Positions 13,075 through 24,641 of a stretch of DNA of 37,658 bases are shown in pieces. The notes beneath the pieces were generated by a model. It searched no databases and had not been told where the DNA came from. It saw only the letters and a list, made by a program, of their open reading frames with translations. A program made the translations under genes and the position numbers. How positions within the stretch are numbered: the first letter of the stretch is position 1; each line of letters opens with the position of its first letter. This DNA is from Octopus bimaculoides (taxonomy: Eukaryota): assembly GCF_001194135.2 (NCBI RefSeq), contig NC_068983.1, forward strand, positions 74,974,181 to 75,011,838. The letters run 5' to 3'.

Positions 13075-13761
13075 NNNNNNNNNNNNNNNNNNNNNNNNNN
13101 NNNNNNNNNNNNNNNNNNNNNNNNNNNNNNNNNNNNNNNNNNNNNNNNNNNNNNNNNNNNNNNNNNNNNNNNNNNNNNNNNNNNNNNNNNNNNNNNNNNN
13201 NNNNNNNNNNNNNNNNNNNNNNNNNNNNNNNNNNNNNNNNNNNNNNNNNNNNNNNNNNNNNNNNNNNNNNNNNNNNNNNNNNNNNNNNNNNNNNNNNNNN
13301 NNNNNNNNNNNNNNNNNNNNNNNNNNNNNNNNNNNNNNNNNNNNNNNNNNNNNNNNNNNNNNNNNNNNNNNNNNNNNNNNNNNNNNNNNNNNNNNNNNNN
13401 NNNNNNNNNNNNNNNNNNNNNNNNNNNNNNNNNNNNNNNNNNNNNNNNNNNNNNNNNNNNNNNNNNNNNNNNNNNNNNNNNNNNNNNNNNNNNNNNNNNN
13501 NNNNNNNNNNNNNNNNNNNNNNNNNNNNNNNNNNNNNNNNNNNNNNNNNNNNNNNNNNNNNNNNNNNNNNNNNNNNNNNNNNNNNNNNNNNNNNNNNNNN
13601 NNNNNNNNNNNNNNNNNNNNNNNNNNNNNNNNNNNNNNNNNNNNNNNNNNNNNNNNNNNNNNNNNNNNNNNNNNNNNNNNNNNNNNNNNNNNNNNNNNNN
13701 NNNNNNNNNNNNNNNNNNNNNNNNNNNNNNNNNNNNNNNNNNNNNNNNATAGTGTATGTAA

Positions 13762-13976
13762 GGGTGCGAGCTGGCATAAACGTTAGCGCGCCGGGCGAAA
13801 TGCTTAGCGGTATTTCGTCTGCCGTTACGTTCTGAGTTCAAATTCCACCGAGGTCGACTTTGCCTTTCATCCCTTCGGGGTCGATAAATAAAGTACCAGT
13901 TACGCACTGGGGTCGATGTAATCGACTCAATCCCTTTGTCTGTCCTTGTTTAGCCCCTTGTGGGCAATAAAAAAAA
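13762..13976 (+). mobile_element. SINE family B, A-rich tail
   Basis: Near-identical to 15294-15525. Confidence 0.9.
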
Positions 13977-14570
13977 TATATATATATATAGTGTATGTGT
14001 ATACAAGTATGTATACATGAATATATAATTTTGTATATATGTGTGTGTCTATGAGTGCATATATGTGTATATGTATGCGTCTGCACAGTCGCATGCAAAA
14101 TGATCGCCTGCACACTCACATTGCTTTTAAAAACATTAATTAAAAGTATTACTTAAACTTTTTATTGTGGTACATTTCTTAAGCAACAACATAGTTTCAT
14201 GCCTTCGACTGTATGGAATTTCTGACGTTTATAATAATATTGCCACGAGAACCAGAAAAAAATCAAAATCCTGAGCTGCAGCCGTTTTTGAACATGTCGT
14301 TCACAAAGGTTTTTAAATTAAGAGATCATAAGTATAAGCGTCTACTTCAAGCTTTCATTCATATTTCAAAACGTGTTCGGACAGTCGATATTCAAAAGAA
14401 AACCAGGCTCAGTTTGCCAGCTGTTGATCGGAAACAAGCAATTCTGAGTACGGGAAATTGAAGCCTTTCAATTATAATGTATTAAAGAATACTCTACATT
14501 TGTATTGAGTCGAATAATTTATCGCTTCTCATGAATCAGAGATGTTATGTGTGTGTGTGTGTGTGTGTGC

Positions 14571-14728
14571 GATAAGCTTCTACACAGTTTCTGTCTACCA
14601 AATTAACTCATCACACTGGTCAGCCCAGGGTAACAGTAAAAGACACTTGTTGCTCGCGATGTCTTGCGATGGATTGAACCCGCAACCGCGTGGTTGCGAA
14701 GCGTACTTCGTAACCACATAGCCATGCC
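14571..14728 (-). mobile_element. Degraded SINE family A-like 5' half
   Basis: ttctgtctaccaaa, aagacactt and gattgaaccc...accacatagccatgcc correspond to the family A head. Confidence 0.65.
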
Positions 14729-15293
14729 AATACATTAGTGTTGCAATGTTTTCTTTCGATTAATCACACTTCATATTTGCAGGAGTTGACCTTAATTTTA
14801 GTTGTGAGTATCAAGCCAAAGTGCAAAGGTTAGTTTAGAATTGATGGGAAGATTTACATTGATTTATTTCACACTGAATTTATATACTAGTGATAGTTTC
14901 AAAAGGAGTAACTGCGAGTTAAAGAAAATTTGATTTTTAGATCAGTATATGTGGTTGAAAATGATAATGTTGAAAAATTATGAGTATTATTGCTTCACAT
15001 TTTCAGTAAGTATGGGAAACATCTACGGACATGTATTAGCGATGTGGGGCATTTTTAACTGATGCATGATACCTCTGTAACATATTTGAGCATTCGTGAA
15101 CGAATCACTAAATAATAATGCAGAGATATACATCTGCTGGTGTTTGGAAAGAGAATTGTTTAAAATTGATGTATTTATGCGACACTATCCGCATCATGTA
15201 TAATAATAAAGCGTGTGAGAGCCTGCTTACTGCTTGGGACATTAAAACTATAAAGTAAAATCAAATATGCGACGAGAGGAATAAGTTTGACAA

Positions 15294-15525
15294 AAGGTGG
15301 CGATCTGGCAGAATTGTTAGCATGCCGGGCGAAATGCTTAGCAGTCTGCCGCTACGTTCTGAGCTCAAATTCCGCCGAGGTCGATTTAGCCTTTCATCCT
15401 TTCGGGGTCGATTAAATAAGTACCAGTTACGCACTGGGGTCGATGTAACCTTACAAGAACTTAATCCCTTTGTCTGTCCTTGTTTGTCTCCTCTATGTTT
15501 AGCCCCTTGTGGGCAATAAAGAAAT
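15294..15525 (+). mobile_element. SINE family B, full length with 17-bp target-site duplication
   Basis: Left flank aggaataagtttgacaa (15277-15293) and right flank aggaataagtgtgacaa (15526-15542) match at 16/17. Confidence 0.92.
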
Positions 15526-15659
15526 AGGAATAAGTGTGACAAGTATTAATTTCTTTTCGTAGTACGTGCGACAATTCTTGGACTTGTTGTAGCTATTTTG
15601 GGCCTCCTCGACCGAGAGATAAAAGTAGTTAAAACATGATCAAAATTAGGTTCAAATGA

Positions 15660-16020
15660 AAAATGATATTAGGAAATTACTAATATTATTTTTCCATATC
15701 TTTGCTATCCTGGATATTCTCAGTTGACTTATAAACGAAAAACTGAAGTAGAATCAATTAAGTGGGAAGTAAAAAATGATATTTACTTATTTACTAATAA
15801 TTTTTTATAGCTTGGTGATAATTCTGGGCTGATTTCAACATTTTTTTAAACCTCAGATGATATATTTTAAAAACAAAAATGCCGAATAAGTGTTACTTGA
15901 GCAAAAATTGCTAGATGTTTGCTAATAACTTTTTTATAGTCTAAAGATAATTCCCAACATGTTTCAACACTTTATAACCTGAGCTGATATATTAAAAAAT
16001 CAAAAGTAGGAACAAATATC
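15660..16020. repeat. Degenerate tandem repeat, about 115-128-bp period, about 3 units
   Basis: ctaata recurs at about 15680, 15794 and 15922. The last two units share ttttatag, gataattc, tttcaaca and aacct.ag.tgatatatt. Confidence 0.55.
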
Positions 16021-16249
16021 TGGGGACCATCCTACGCGACATAGTACCGGACACATTTTAGTAATTCTCGGCAGCCTTACCTGAAACATAAATAAACTGA
16101 GCGGTTTTAAAAACAAAACGCGTCCAAAATTCATATTCTTTCATTTGTATGTATCAAATAGAGAAGGCATCAGAATTATGCATTGCCTAACGTTATCAGT
16201 CACAGAGTATATTTTAAATTTAATACTTTTCACTTTCCTATCTTTTCAG

Positions 16250-16359
16250 TCGTGGAAAGATGAAAAACTAATCTGGGATCCAGCTGATTACAACAATTTA
16301 TCAGTATTGCGTATTCCGTGCAACAAATTATGGCTTCCCGATATTGTGCTTTATAACAG
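16250..16359 (+). CDS. CHRNA10-like: nAChR exon, 110 nt ([36 protein letters not shown]; loop A)
   Basis: Acceptor tcttttcAG and donor GTAAGT at 16360. Carries the WxPD/LYN motifs and has the 110-nt size typical of this nAChR exon; ends in phase 2. Confidence 0.97.
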
Positions 16360-16569
16360 GTAAGTGCTTATTTCATTTTACTTGAAACAAGTTTTAACAA
16401 GTTTTAATATATGGTTTCTTTCTTCATCTTTTGTGCAGAAAACGGAATTAAGGAAATATAGGTATGTGTGTGAGTGTATACATACATACATACATGCATA
16501 CATACATACATACATACATACATACATACATACATACATAAATGCCATGCCTAAGCGAAATCTTTCTTT

Positions 16570-17330
16570 TCAATTTCATGGAGAGAGATGGGATAAACTA
16601 CCTGCATCAACTTGCTATAAAAGCAGATAGTAACAGTGAACAGGGATATAGTCCGGGAGCCGAGAACGCCAGAGGTTTCTTCTGGAATTGTTGTCCTCAA
16701 AGTCGTCTTGGTACATAAGTCGACCTACTTCTTTTTAAATTTGGATCTACTTCTCTTAAAATTTTGCCGTGAAAATTTCGAAAAACATGCTGGAAAACAC
16801 GATAGTTGTTTGTATTGAACTTATCAGGTTTTTCTTATTTTAGTTTATTTGGTTAGAATTCGATAATATTTATGAGAAGTTATCATTGGTAGAGCAGGTA
16901 ATTTTCATGTTGTTTTTATGTAATGACTTCTATTATTTGTGATTGAGTATGAAGTATTTTTGCAAAAGATGAGATAATTTTCTAGTTACATGGATTTTAT
17001 TTATAACTTATACAGTAGATTATTCTGATGTATTTATTTTATTTCTCTTTCTGAGTTGAGAATGGAGTATAGTGGTTTGTGGTGTTTTATTTCTTGAGGG
17101 TAAACCGCAACTTTTAATGATGTAAATGTTTCGTTAGAAGATAATCGAGAGATTCTGGTTGATATTTTAAGGACTAGAATATTTGCAATTTTCGCCGAGT
17201 GGTTAGTGTATTTCTGAATGTAGTCTCTTTCTCGATTGATTTTCTGTATGTTGAGTTATCCTGAATTAATGTGATGTCCAAAACGTTAATTGCTTTTGGC
17301 AGGTTTTAACAGTAACTTTAAAACCAAAAG
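16570..17330 (-). mobile_element. Penelope-like element relic (end of RT, thumb, linker)
   Basis: Minus-strand translation: INVLDITL...STYRK; YIQKYTNHS...ISTRISRLSSNE; HKNNMKITCSTNDNFS*ILSNSN. These match PLE motifs (VNFLDVTL, HxxSNHP, ISRLSS). Boundaries are approximate. Confidence 0.7.
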
Positions 17331-17669
17331 CATTGTAAAAGTTGAAGAATGCTTTTATAGTTTGCTTTTTATTATAGTTGCTAAAGATAATAAGACTATC
17401 ATCTTGTAAAATTTTCCCGATTATGGGAAAATTAGTGATTTGATAAATTCAAAATGTATGAGCCTATATAGCAGTTTACTTCTGCAGATGCTTCTGCAAC
17501 CATACCAACTTAGAAGTATTTAGTCTTTTGCCTTTTTAACCACGGTTTTCTATTGAAAATAATGTAGATTTTCTTGCTTGCAAGATAGTTTCAATATTCA
17601 GTTGTTTCAAGTGTGATATAGTTTCACATCGTTAATTACATCATTTATTATTACCACGGTAATAATACA

Positions 17670-17879
17670 CAGCAAGCTGGCATAACCATTTGCAATGCCG
17701 ACAAAATGCATAGCGGCTTTTCTTATGTCTGTACGTTTTTAGTTCAATTTTCGCCAAAAGTCGACTTCGCCTTTCATCCTGTCAAAGTAGATCTAATAAC
17801 TACCAGTTGGTCACTGGGATCGATGTAATCGACTTAACTCCTCCCTAGAATTGCTGGCCTTGTACCAAAATTTGAAACC
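17670..17879 (+). mobile_element. Degraded SINE family B variant
   Basis: gtcgacttcgcctttcatcc, taccagt...cactgggatcgatgtaatcgact. Confidence 0.75.
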
Positions 17880-18514
17880 CAATATTACCTTGGTATTTGG
17901 AGGACAACAATCTCAAACATTGAACTGAAAGCTGTAATTATTCGTTTTATTTTAGATAACCATGAACCATTCGATTATTGGAAAATCTGTTATTTCAAAA
18001 TAGAAATAGCGGGGCTGGGGTTGCTTTGTAATTTTGGAATTGAAGGAATGTATGAACCAACGGTCATAAAATCAGTTTGATTAGTTTTGTAGTTGGATGA
18101 TGAGAAAATTTGATTCTGCTCTTTTAATATTATTTAAGCTTCTTCTGAGTGCACAATATCTATTCTGTCTTTGATGTTAAATTGGTTATAGTTTTAGTGA
18201 ACGTATTAATTATGCTCTCTGTGTCAAAATAAATATTTTAAGTAATTAAGATCGCATTATGTTTCAGTCAGTGTAAAATATACTTTTTACTTAATTATTC
18301 TTCGTTTTGTCTAATTTAACACAGAAAGTACAGTTGTCCATTATGTGTAGTACATCAAGAAGCAGTGAGAAAGGGGAAGTTTGTTCCTGTTGAAATATCA
18401 ACTAAGAATATAACCAATGCCTCTGATTTGGCTTTTTTTCTTTTGTTTTTCCTACATTGAGATTGTATAAAAAAGAGAGTTACTTACGACTGTACAACGC
18501 ATTTAATGTATCCT

Positions 18515-18548
<34 letters not shown>

Positions 18549-18566
18549 AATGTATGTTTCCATTCC

Positions 18567-18927
18567 AGTGACTTAGTGTTTCGGCAATAAGATACCGATA
18601 GAATAAGTAACAGGTTTTAAAAATAAGTACTGGGATCAACTTGTTTGACTAAACCTTGGTAGACGGAAACTGAAAGGAGCCCATCGTGTATATACATGTG
18701 TGTGTGTGTGTGTGTGTGTTTGGCCCCCACCACCACCACCGCTTGACAATCAGTGCTAGTGTGCTTATGTCCACGTAACTTAACGGTTTGGAAAAAGTAA
18801 ACGATAGAAGAAGTACAAGGCTTAAAGAAAAAGAGTACTGGGATCGATTCATTCGACTAAAATTTCTTCAAGGCGATGCCCCAGCATGGTCACAACCTAA
18901 TGACTGAAACAAGTAAAAGATAAAAAA
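18567..18927 (+). mobile_element. SINE family A 3' portion, internally duplicated (two fragments in tandem)
   Basis: The segment gatagaa(t/g)aagta...aagtactgggatc...gactaaa occurs twice, with a jump back to ttggtagacggaaactg at about 18656. Confidence 0.75.
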
Positions 18928-19471
18928 TATATGCATTTACGTATGTATGTATGTGTAGATAGATAGATAGATAGATAGAAGCGGCCAAATTTCGCAATGT
19001 GTGTAAATGCAATGTGTGTAAATGTGTGTAAATGTGTATGTGTGTATGTGTTTCTTTTATGTGAGTATATCAACTTGTACATTTTTAAAAAAATATCATT
19101 GTATTTTTCTGTATATGTTTGATTATATTAGACACGCAATGATATCGGTTAATGCATAATTCTAATATCATTAAAAACAAAGTAACTCACACAGAAAACT
19201 CAATATAATTAAATAGATGATATGCAATACGTAAAATCTGAAAAGCGTATAAAAGTGTTAAAATGAAGCTGACCTTGTCAATGCAGGGGACAAGCGAATG
19301 GTTGCTTGGTTGGATGGTTGCATGATTTAAGTGAATTTATAGACTATTGAGTGACTGCATTGACAGAAAACGACCGAATTTGATAAGCACTTGTCATGTA
19401 TGTATGAATTTATGTATACATACACACATACACACATACATACATACATACATATATACACACACACATAC

Positions 19472-19505
<34 letters not shown>

Positions 19506-21019
19506 GCTGTGTATATGTATATATGTAAGTATATATACATATATATATATANNNNNNNNNNNNNNNNNNNNNNNNNNNNNNNNNNNNNNNNNNNNNNNNN
19601 NNNNNNNNNNNNNNNNNNNNNNNNNNNNNNNNNNNNNNNNNNNNNNNNNNNNNNNNNNNNNNNNNNNNNNNNNNNNNNNNNNNNNNNNNNNNNNNNNNNN
19701 NNNNNNNNNNNNNNNNNNNNNNNNNNNNNNNNNNNNNNNNNNNNNNNNNNNNNNNNNNNNNNNNNNNNNNNNNNNNNNNNNNNNNNNNNNNNNNNNNNNN
19801 NNNNNNNNNNNNNNNNNNNNNNNNNNNNNNNNNNNNNNNNNNNNNNNNNNNNNNNNNNNNNNNNNNNNNNNNNNNNNNNNNNNNNNNNNNNNNNNNNNNN
19901 NNNNNNNNNNNNNNNNNNNNNNNNNNNNNNNNNNNNNNNNNNNNNNNNNNNNNNNNNNNNNNNNNNNNNNNNNNNNNNNNNNNNNNNNNNNNNNNNNNNN
20001 NNNNNNNNNNNNNNNNNNNNNNNNNNNNNNNNNNNNNNNNNNNNNNNNNNNNNNNNNNNNNNNNNNNNNNNNNNNNNNNNNNNNNNNNNNNNNNNNNNNN
20101 NNNNNNNNNNNNNNNNNNNNNNNNNNNNNNNNNNNNNNNNNNNNNNNNNNNTATATATATATATATATATATGCTGTGTATATGTATATATGTAAGTATA
20201 TATACATATATATATTTGTGTGCGTGTATTTATATGTATATGTGTATGACTTTATATATTGAAACATTTATATATACATGTTTATACATATGTATGCATT
20301 TGTGTTTGTACGTGTATTTCTGTGTGTATGTTTGTGAGTGTGCGTGTGTGTGTGTGTGTCCGCAAGCGCACGCGCGCGTGTGTGTATGTGTAAAAAGTTA
20401 AAAGCATCTACATCTTTTTGACTAATGCCGACTTTTTCGAGGAGTGTGAAAGCTCAAGTTCGGTGACAAATATCAGGCTCTTGACATGAATTTTTGCATA
20501 TTTGACGTATTAGTTTCAAGGAAGTCTCCGAGAGTGGATAGACAGTGCATATATTATAGGCAACATCGAAAATTATTATAGGTGGACGCTAATGGGAAAC
20601 TTGAAATGAACGAGCAAACAGTAATAGAATAGAACAAAAATGTTTTCGGAAAATTGAGTAATTGTTTTCTTGGTTTGGTTTTTGTAGCGGTTTTAGTGAT
20701 TTTATTCTTCACGATTTCTTGTTTGTTGTTTCCTTTTCTAGTCAAAGTTTATATGTACTAAATGTCACAAGCAACTATTACTGTAATGTATATATATTAC
20801 CTGAAGATCTGACAGTTATTCTTTCAATGTGTTCATAACAGTTTGACATTAGCCCTCTGGAGCAAGATATTTATATTCTTTTTAACACCTTGATTTTTTT
20901 TCTTTATTGAATCTCCTAATATATTTTGTTTATTATTATGCCTCACCTTATAACTTTAGAATATTAAGAACTGAACGGGAATCATTAAAGAAGAAGAAAA
21001 ATAATTTTGGCTCAATACG

Positions 21020-21049
<30 letters not shown>

Positions 21050-21054
<5 letters not shown>

Positions 21055-21235
21055 GAGAATATACAAAAAATAACAACAGACGAGGACAGGTGGTGTAAAT
21101 AACAAAAGTATATATTAGTATGACGCTCGGGAATACGGAAAGTCTTTGACGTTTCGAGCTACGCTCTTCAACAGAAAGAATACGGAGACAAGGAGAAAAA
21201 CACGGAGAAAAAAAATTGATTGAATAGTGTTCAGT
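21050..21235 (-). repeat. Penelope-type terminal-repeat-like sequence carrying a hammerhead motif
   Basis: Shares gagc.3.gctcgaaacgtc and gagcgtca..ctaata with the plus-strand copy at 25600-25730. Confidence 0.55.
21143..21179 (-). ncRNA. Minimal type I hammerhead-ribozyme-like motif (variant core)
   Basis: Minus strand reads UCUUU-CUGUUGA-A-GAGC-GUA-GCUC-GAA-ACGU-C-AAAGA: 5-bp stem I, 4-bp stem II, palindromic ACGU stem III and a GUC cleavage triplet. Core position 6 is U instead of A. Activity is unknown. Confidence 0.55.
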
Positions 21236-21300
21236 CAACGGTCAATCATCACACATACACACGTTTGTGTGTGTATGTGTGTCAGTATACACATATATAG

Positions 21301-21347
<47 letters not shown>

Positions 21348-21559
21348 TATATGTACGTATGTATACATACTTATATATGCACAAATATATGTATACATAT
21401 ATATAAGTGTATGTGTTTATTGAGAGGGAGAGAGAGAAGGAGAGAGAAAAACACTTATAATCCATTTCGTGAAAATCTAAGGAAGAACACGAGAACAATT
21501 TATAATATTTACTCGGACATATATCTATCCTCTTAGTACAACTAATCACTGATGTATTG

Positions 21560-22955
21560 TTACCACTTGCACAAGAGATTCAGCTCTCTTTTTCGGACGC
21601 AGTATCAGAGAAGTCGATACTTTTGTGAAGGCATAATCTTAATATTGTCCAGGCAACAATGGTATCTCATACAAGATTTACAAACAATACCTCATCATCA
21701 AGGGTGTTTATGTGTTTACTGCAGCGAGCGTATGAACTAGGGATCGTGACACAAGACGATTGATCGGCAGAAAAGTCTGCAGTGGCCTAAGGCAGAGAGG
21801 GCATCATCAATTGATTAGTTTTATTTGATATCATTTCTCAGTGTAGCATGGAAGTGATATCGAACAAAACTAGCGGCATGAGGGTTTTCTTATACAATGC
21901 TGCTAAAATGAATGTCGGAAAATCTTTCTACACTGGACCTTCGTGTTGAGATATACCATTTCTCCGCACCTCTTCATGGTGGCTATGAATTTGGTATTGA
22001 GAAGTGCAATAAACTTCTAGGAGAAAATGAAGATCGGAAGACACTGGCATCCCTGCTGGGAATTTCTATAGATGACATTACTACCATACTGGAAACAAGG
22101 AGAGAATAAGAAAAAAACATCAGATTTTCGGTTTGATGACGCATTCTGCCAACGTTTACAGCATACCAAGGCTTTATCTATAAGGCAGTAAGGAATTCTG
22201 CTTTGAAATTGAAAGAGAGCCAATTTCTGCAGAAATAGGCAATTAAGAGCAGCCTTGGCTCTATATATTAATATCTTAAGTGATTTCTAGAGAGAAATAT
22301 ACTTTAACTGTCACTGATAGCTGCAGGTTGGCATGAAGTTTAAAATGAGTTGTTATGAATGTGGCCTTTCGGAACCTCTAGTGATATGGCATAACTATAA
22401 CAAATAAAGAAAGAAAGGAGAAATGTGCTAGCAGGTTCGTATGTGAGGGGCTTGCAATTACGATCTGTTTTACAAAAATTGAGGATGTATAATTGAGGAT
22501 GTATAAATTGAGGATAGTACCACTGCAAAACTCCAGCTGCCTTTAACATCATAAGTGAAGGAGATTATAGTTGCTGAAGTCCGTAGCCACGTTAAGTTAT
22601 AGCTGTAAATCCAATTGTTTATATAATGTGTGAAATGCTGGAAATAAAAGAGGCTATATGTGAGGTGTAGAAAAAGGTGTTAAAAAGGTGTTGAATAGAA
22701 ATGATGCAAATGAATATCACAGCAGAAATGGAGAAGCAGGCGAAATAATGTGACCGCAGAAATCCATCACATTGGAGAGGAAGTACGCGTGACAAGTGCT
22801 GTATCGTCAAAAAACCTTTGTGCATGGGTAGCATTGGAGACAGCAGAGAAAGGAATACTGTCGTGGAGTATATTAGTGTGAAAATGTAGTCAGCTAGATT
22901 GAGATTTTCCTGAGAGAGTTTTACGATATGCTTCCGTCCCCACTTAGCTGGGAAG
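21560..22955 (+). mobile_element. Decayed non-LTR retrotransposon RT of the restriction-like-endonuclease group (R2/NeSL/Hero; most like Hero)
   Basis: Across frames: CPGNNGISYKIYK (SAPGPNG-like), PKAE..SID*F..ISFL, TISPHLFMVAMNLVLRSA, SIDDITTILE, KLQLPLTS, IKEAI, FYDMLPS. Internal deletion and many stops. Confidence 0.7.
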
Positions 22956-23629
22956 AAAATAATTATGATCCTAGAACTCAACCAAAGAAAAAGAGTAGAG
23001 AAAGCAAGACAAATTGTTTTCTCTTGCTGTTTAGCTTAGTTCCGATTCGATCCTAATCGAGCAGTGTAGACCTGCGATCCAAGTTTATCTAGTCATGACC
23101 AATTATCGAATGTATCCCTCTTTTAAGACAGAAGTATAGATTCAAGGGTTACTTGGCAGCAATTTCTAGTGTTTTTGGCAAGCCAAGTGGAAGTTTCTTC
23201 ATTGTTTCAAGGAATAACTTGGTTTTAAAATTCATTGATATAGCTTTCACTGAAATGTTTGCGGGTAAATTACTGCAGTGAGCATGGAAGAAGGAACGCA
23301 CTACAGGACCGGAAGTATACATGCAAATTCTTCTTCGGGGTGTGATGTTTTTAAAATATTATCAGTTTTTATTCATTAACTTGGTGCTCTCAGAAAGCTA
23401 ACGAAACTGGTAATGATCTATGTCAGTAAAAATTAATCACCAGATATGCCTAAGTTCATTTGCTGTGATGAAAGAACAAATTAAACTTTCGGCCCTTGCT
23501 CTTCATTTCAGACTGAGGAAAATGGAAAAAGCCGATTGTATCGCTAGGAAGAATGTAAACTGTTTATTTATTGCTTAAATCAATTTATAAAAAATTCACT
23601 TATTTGTTTTCTATTTCTTCGTTTCCTAG

Positions 23630-23891
23630 TGCTGACGATTATACGCATGGTTACATGCAAGCGTTGACCATGGTCCACAGCGACGGAACAGTGTTCTGGC
23701 CACCTATTGTCAAACTTAGGAGTACCTGTGACATCAAAATTACATATTTCCCATTCGATGATCAGATCTGTCGAATGAAACTTGGTTCATGGGCCTATGA
23801 CGGATTTCAAGTAAATGTACATGACAGCGAAAAAGCTATCGATCTGGATAATTTCGTATCTAACGGTGAATGGCTTCTAGTCGATGTTAAG
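23630..23891 (+). CDS. CHRNA10-like: nAChR exon, 262 nt (Cys-loop C-x13-C, loop B GSWAYDG, NGEW)
   Basis: Acceptor gtttcctAG and donor GTGAGT at 23892. Translates as (S)ADDYTHGYMQALTMVHSDGTVFWPPIVKLRSTCDIKITYFPFDDQICRMKLGSWAYDGFQVNVHDSEKAIDLDNFVSNGEWLLVDVK. Confidence 0.97.
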
Positions 23892-23985
23892 GTGAGTTTC
23901 AAAAGTATACACACCAAATCATATATGTATGCATGTATGGATGTATGTATATATAGATATGTATATAGGAATATATATATGCATG

Positions 23986-24079
<94 letters not shown>

Positions 24080-24472
24080 TGTCTGTAATGAATGTGTTTA
24101 TGTATGAATATATGTATATATGTATGTATGCATGTATAAATGTATGCATATATATATATGTATATGGACTATAGAGTGACTGCATATATATACACATACA
24201 TATATACATACATATACATAAATACATACACGCGCGCGCGCGCGCATATATATATAAATGTAAGATCCAGGAATCAAAGTGTAGGCAGAAAGTTAGCTTC
24301 AAGTAATCTGTAGTAAATATTGAAACAACCATTTTCATAGACAATAATGGTTTATTGGGACGGAAGTTTGTATATTTTTTTTTTATCGAAGAACGATAAA
24401 CTGAAAAAAGTTCTTTTCATATTCCACGGTAGGCAACCAGGGTTACCGGGTGTACGAATAAGAATACAAAGC

Positions 24473-24641
24473 GAGAGTGTAAGGAGTTGAATCAAGCGTT
24501 AGTTAACTGATAAGTTGAGATAACGATGTACAGTTGGATTTTGTTTGGGACTTCAGCTTCAAGTCCCAAACAAAATCCAACTGTACATCGTTATCTCAAC
24601 TTATCAGTTAACTAACGCTTGATTCAACTCCTTACACTCTC
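24473..24641. repeat. Perfect inverted repeat: 81-bp arms, 7-nt loop (cagcttc)
   Basis: 24473-24553 is the exact reverse complement of 24561-24641 (checked base by base). Confidence 0.97.

Noticed and set aside
23808-23816. Potential internal donor CAA|GTAAAT after YDGFQ
   Set aside because: The frame continues with expected loop F/NGEW sequence to a stronger GTGAGT donor at 23892, whose phase fits the next exon.
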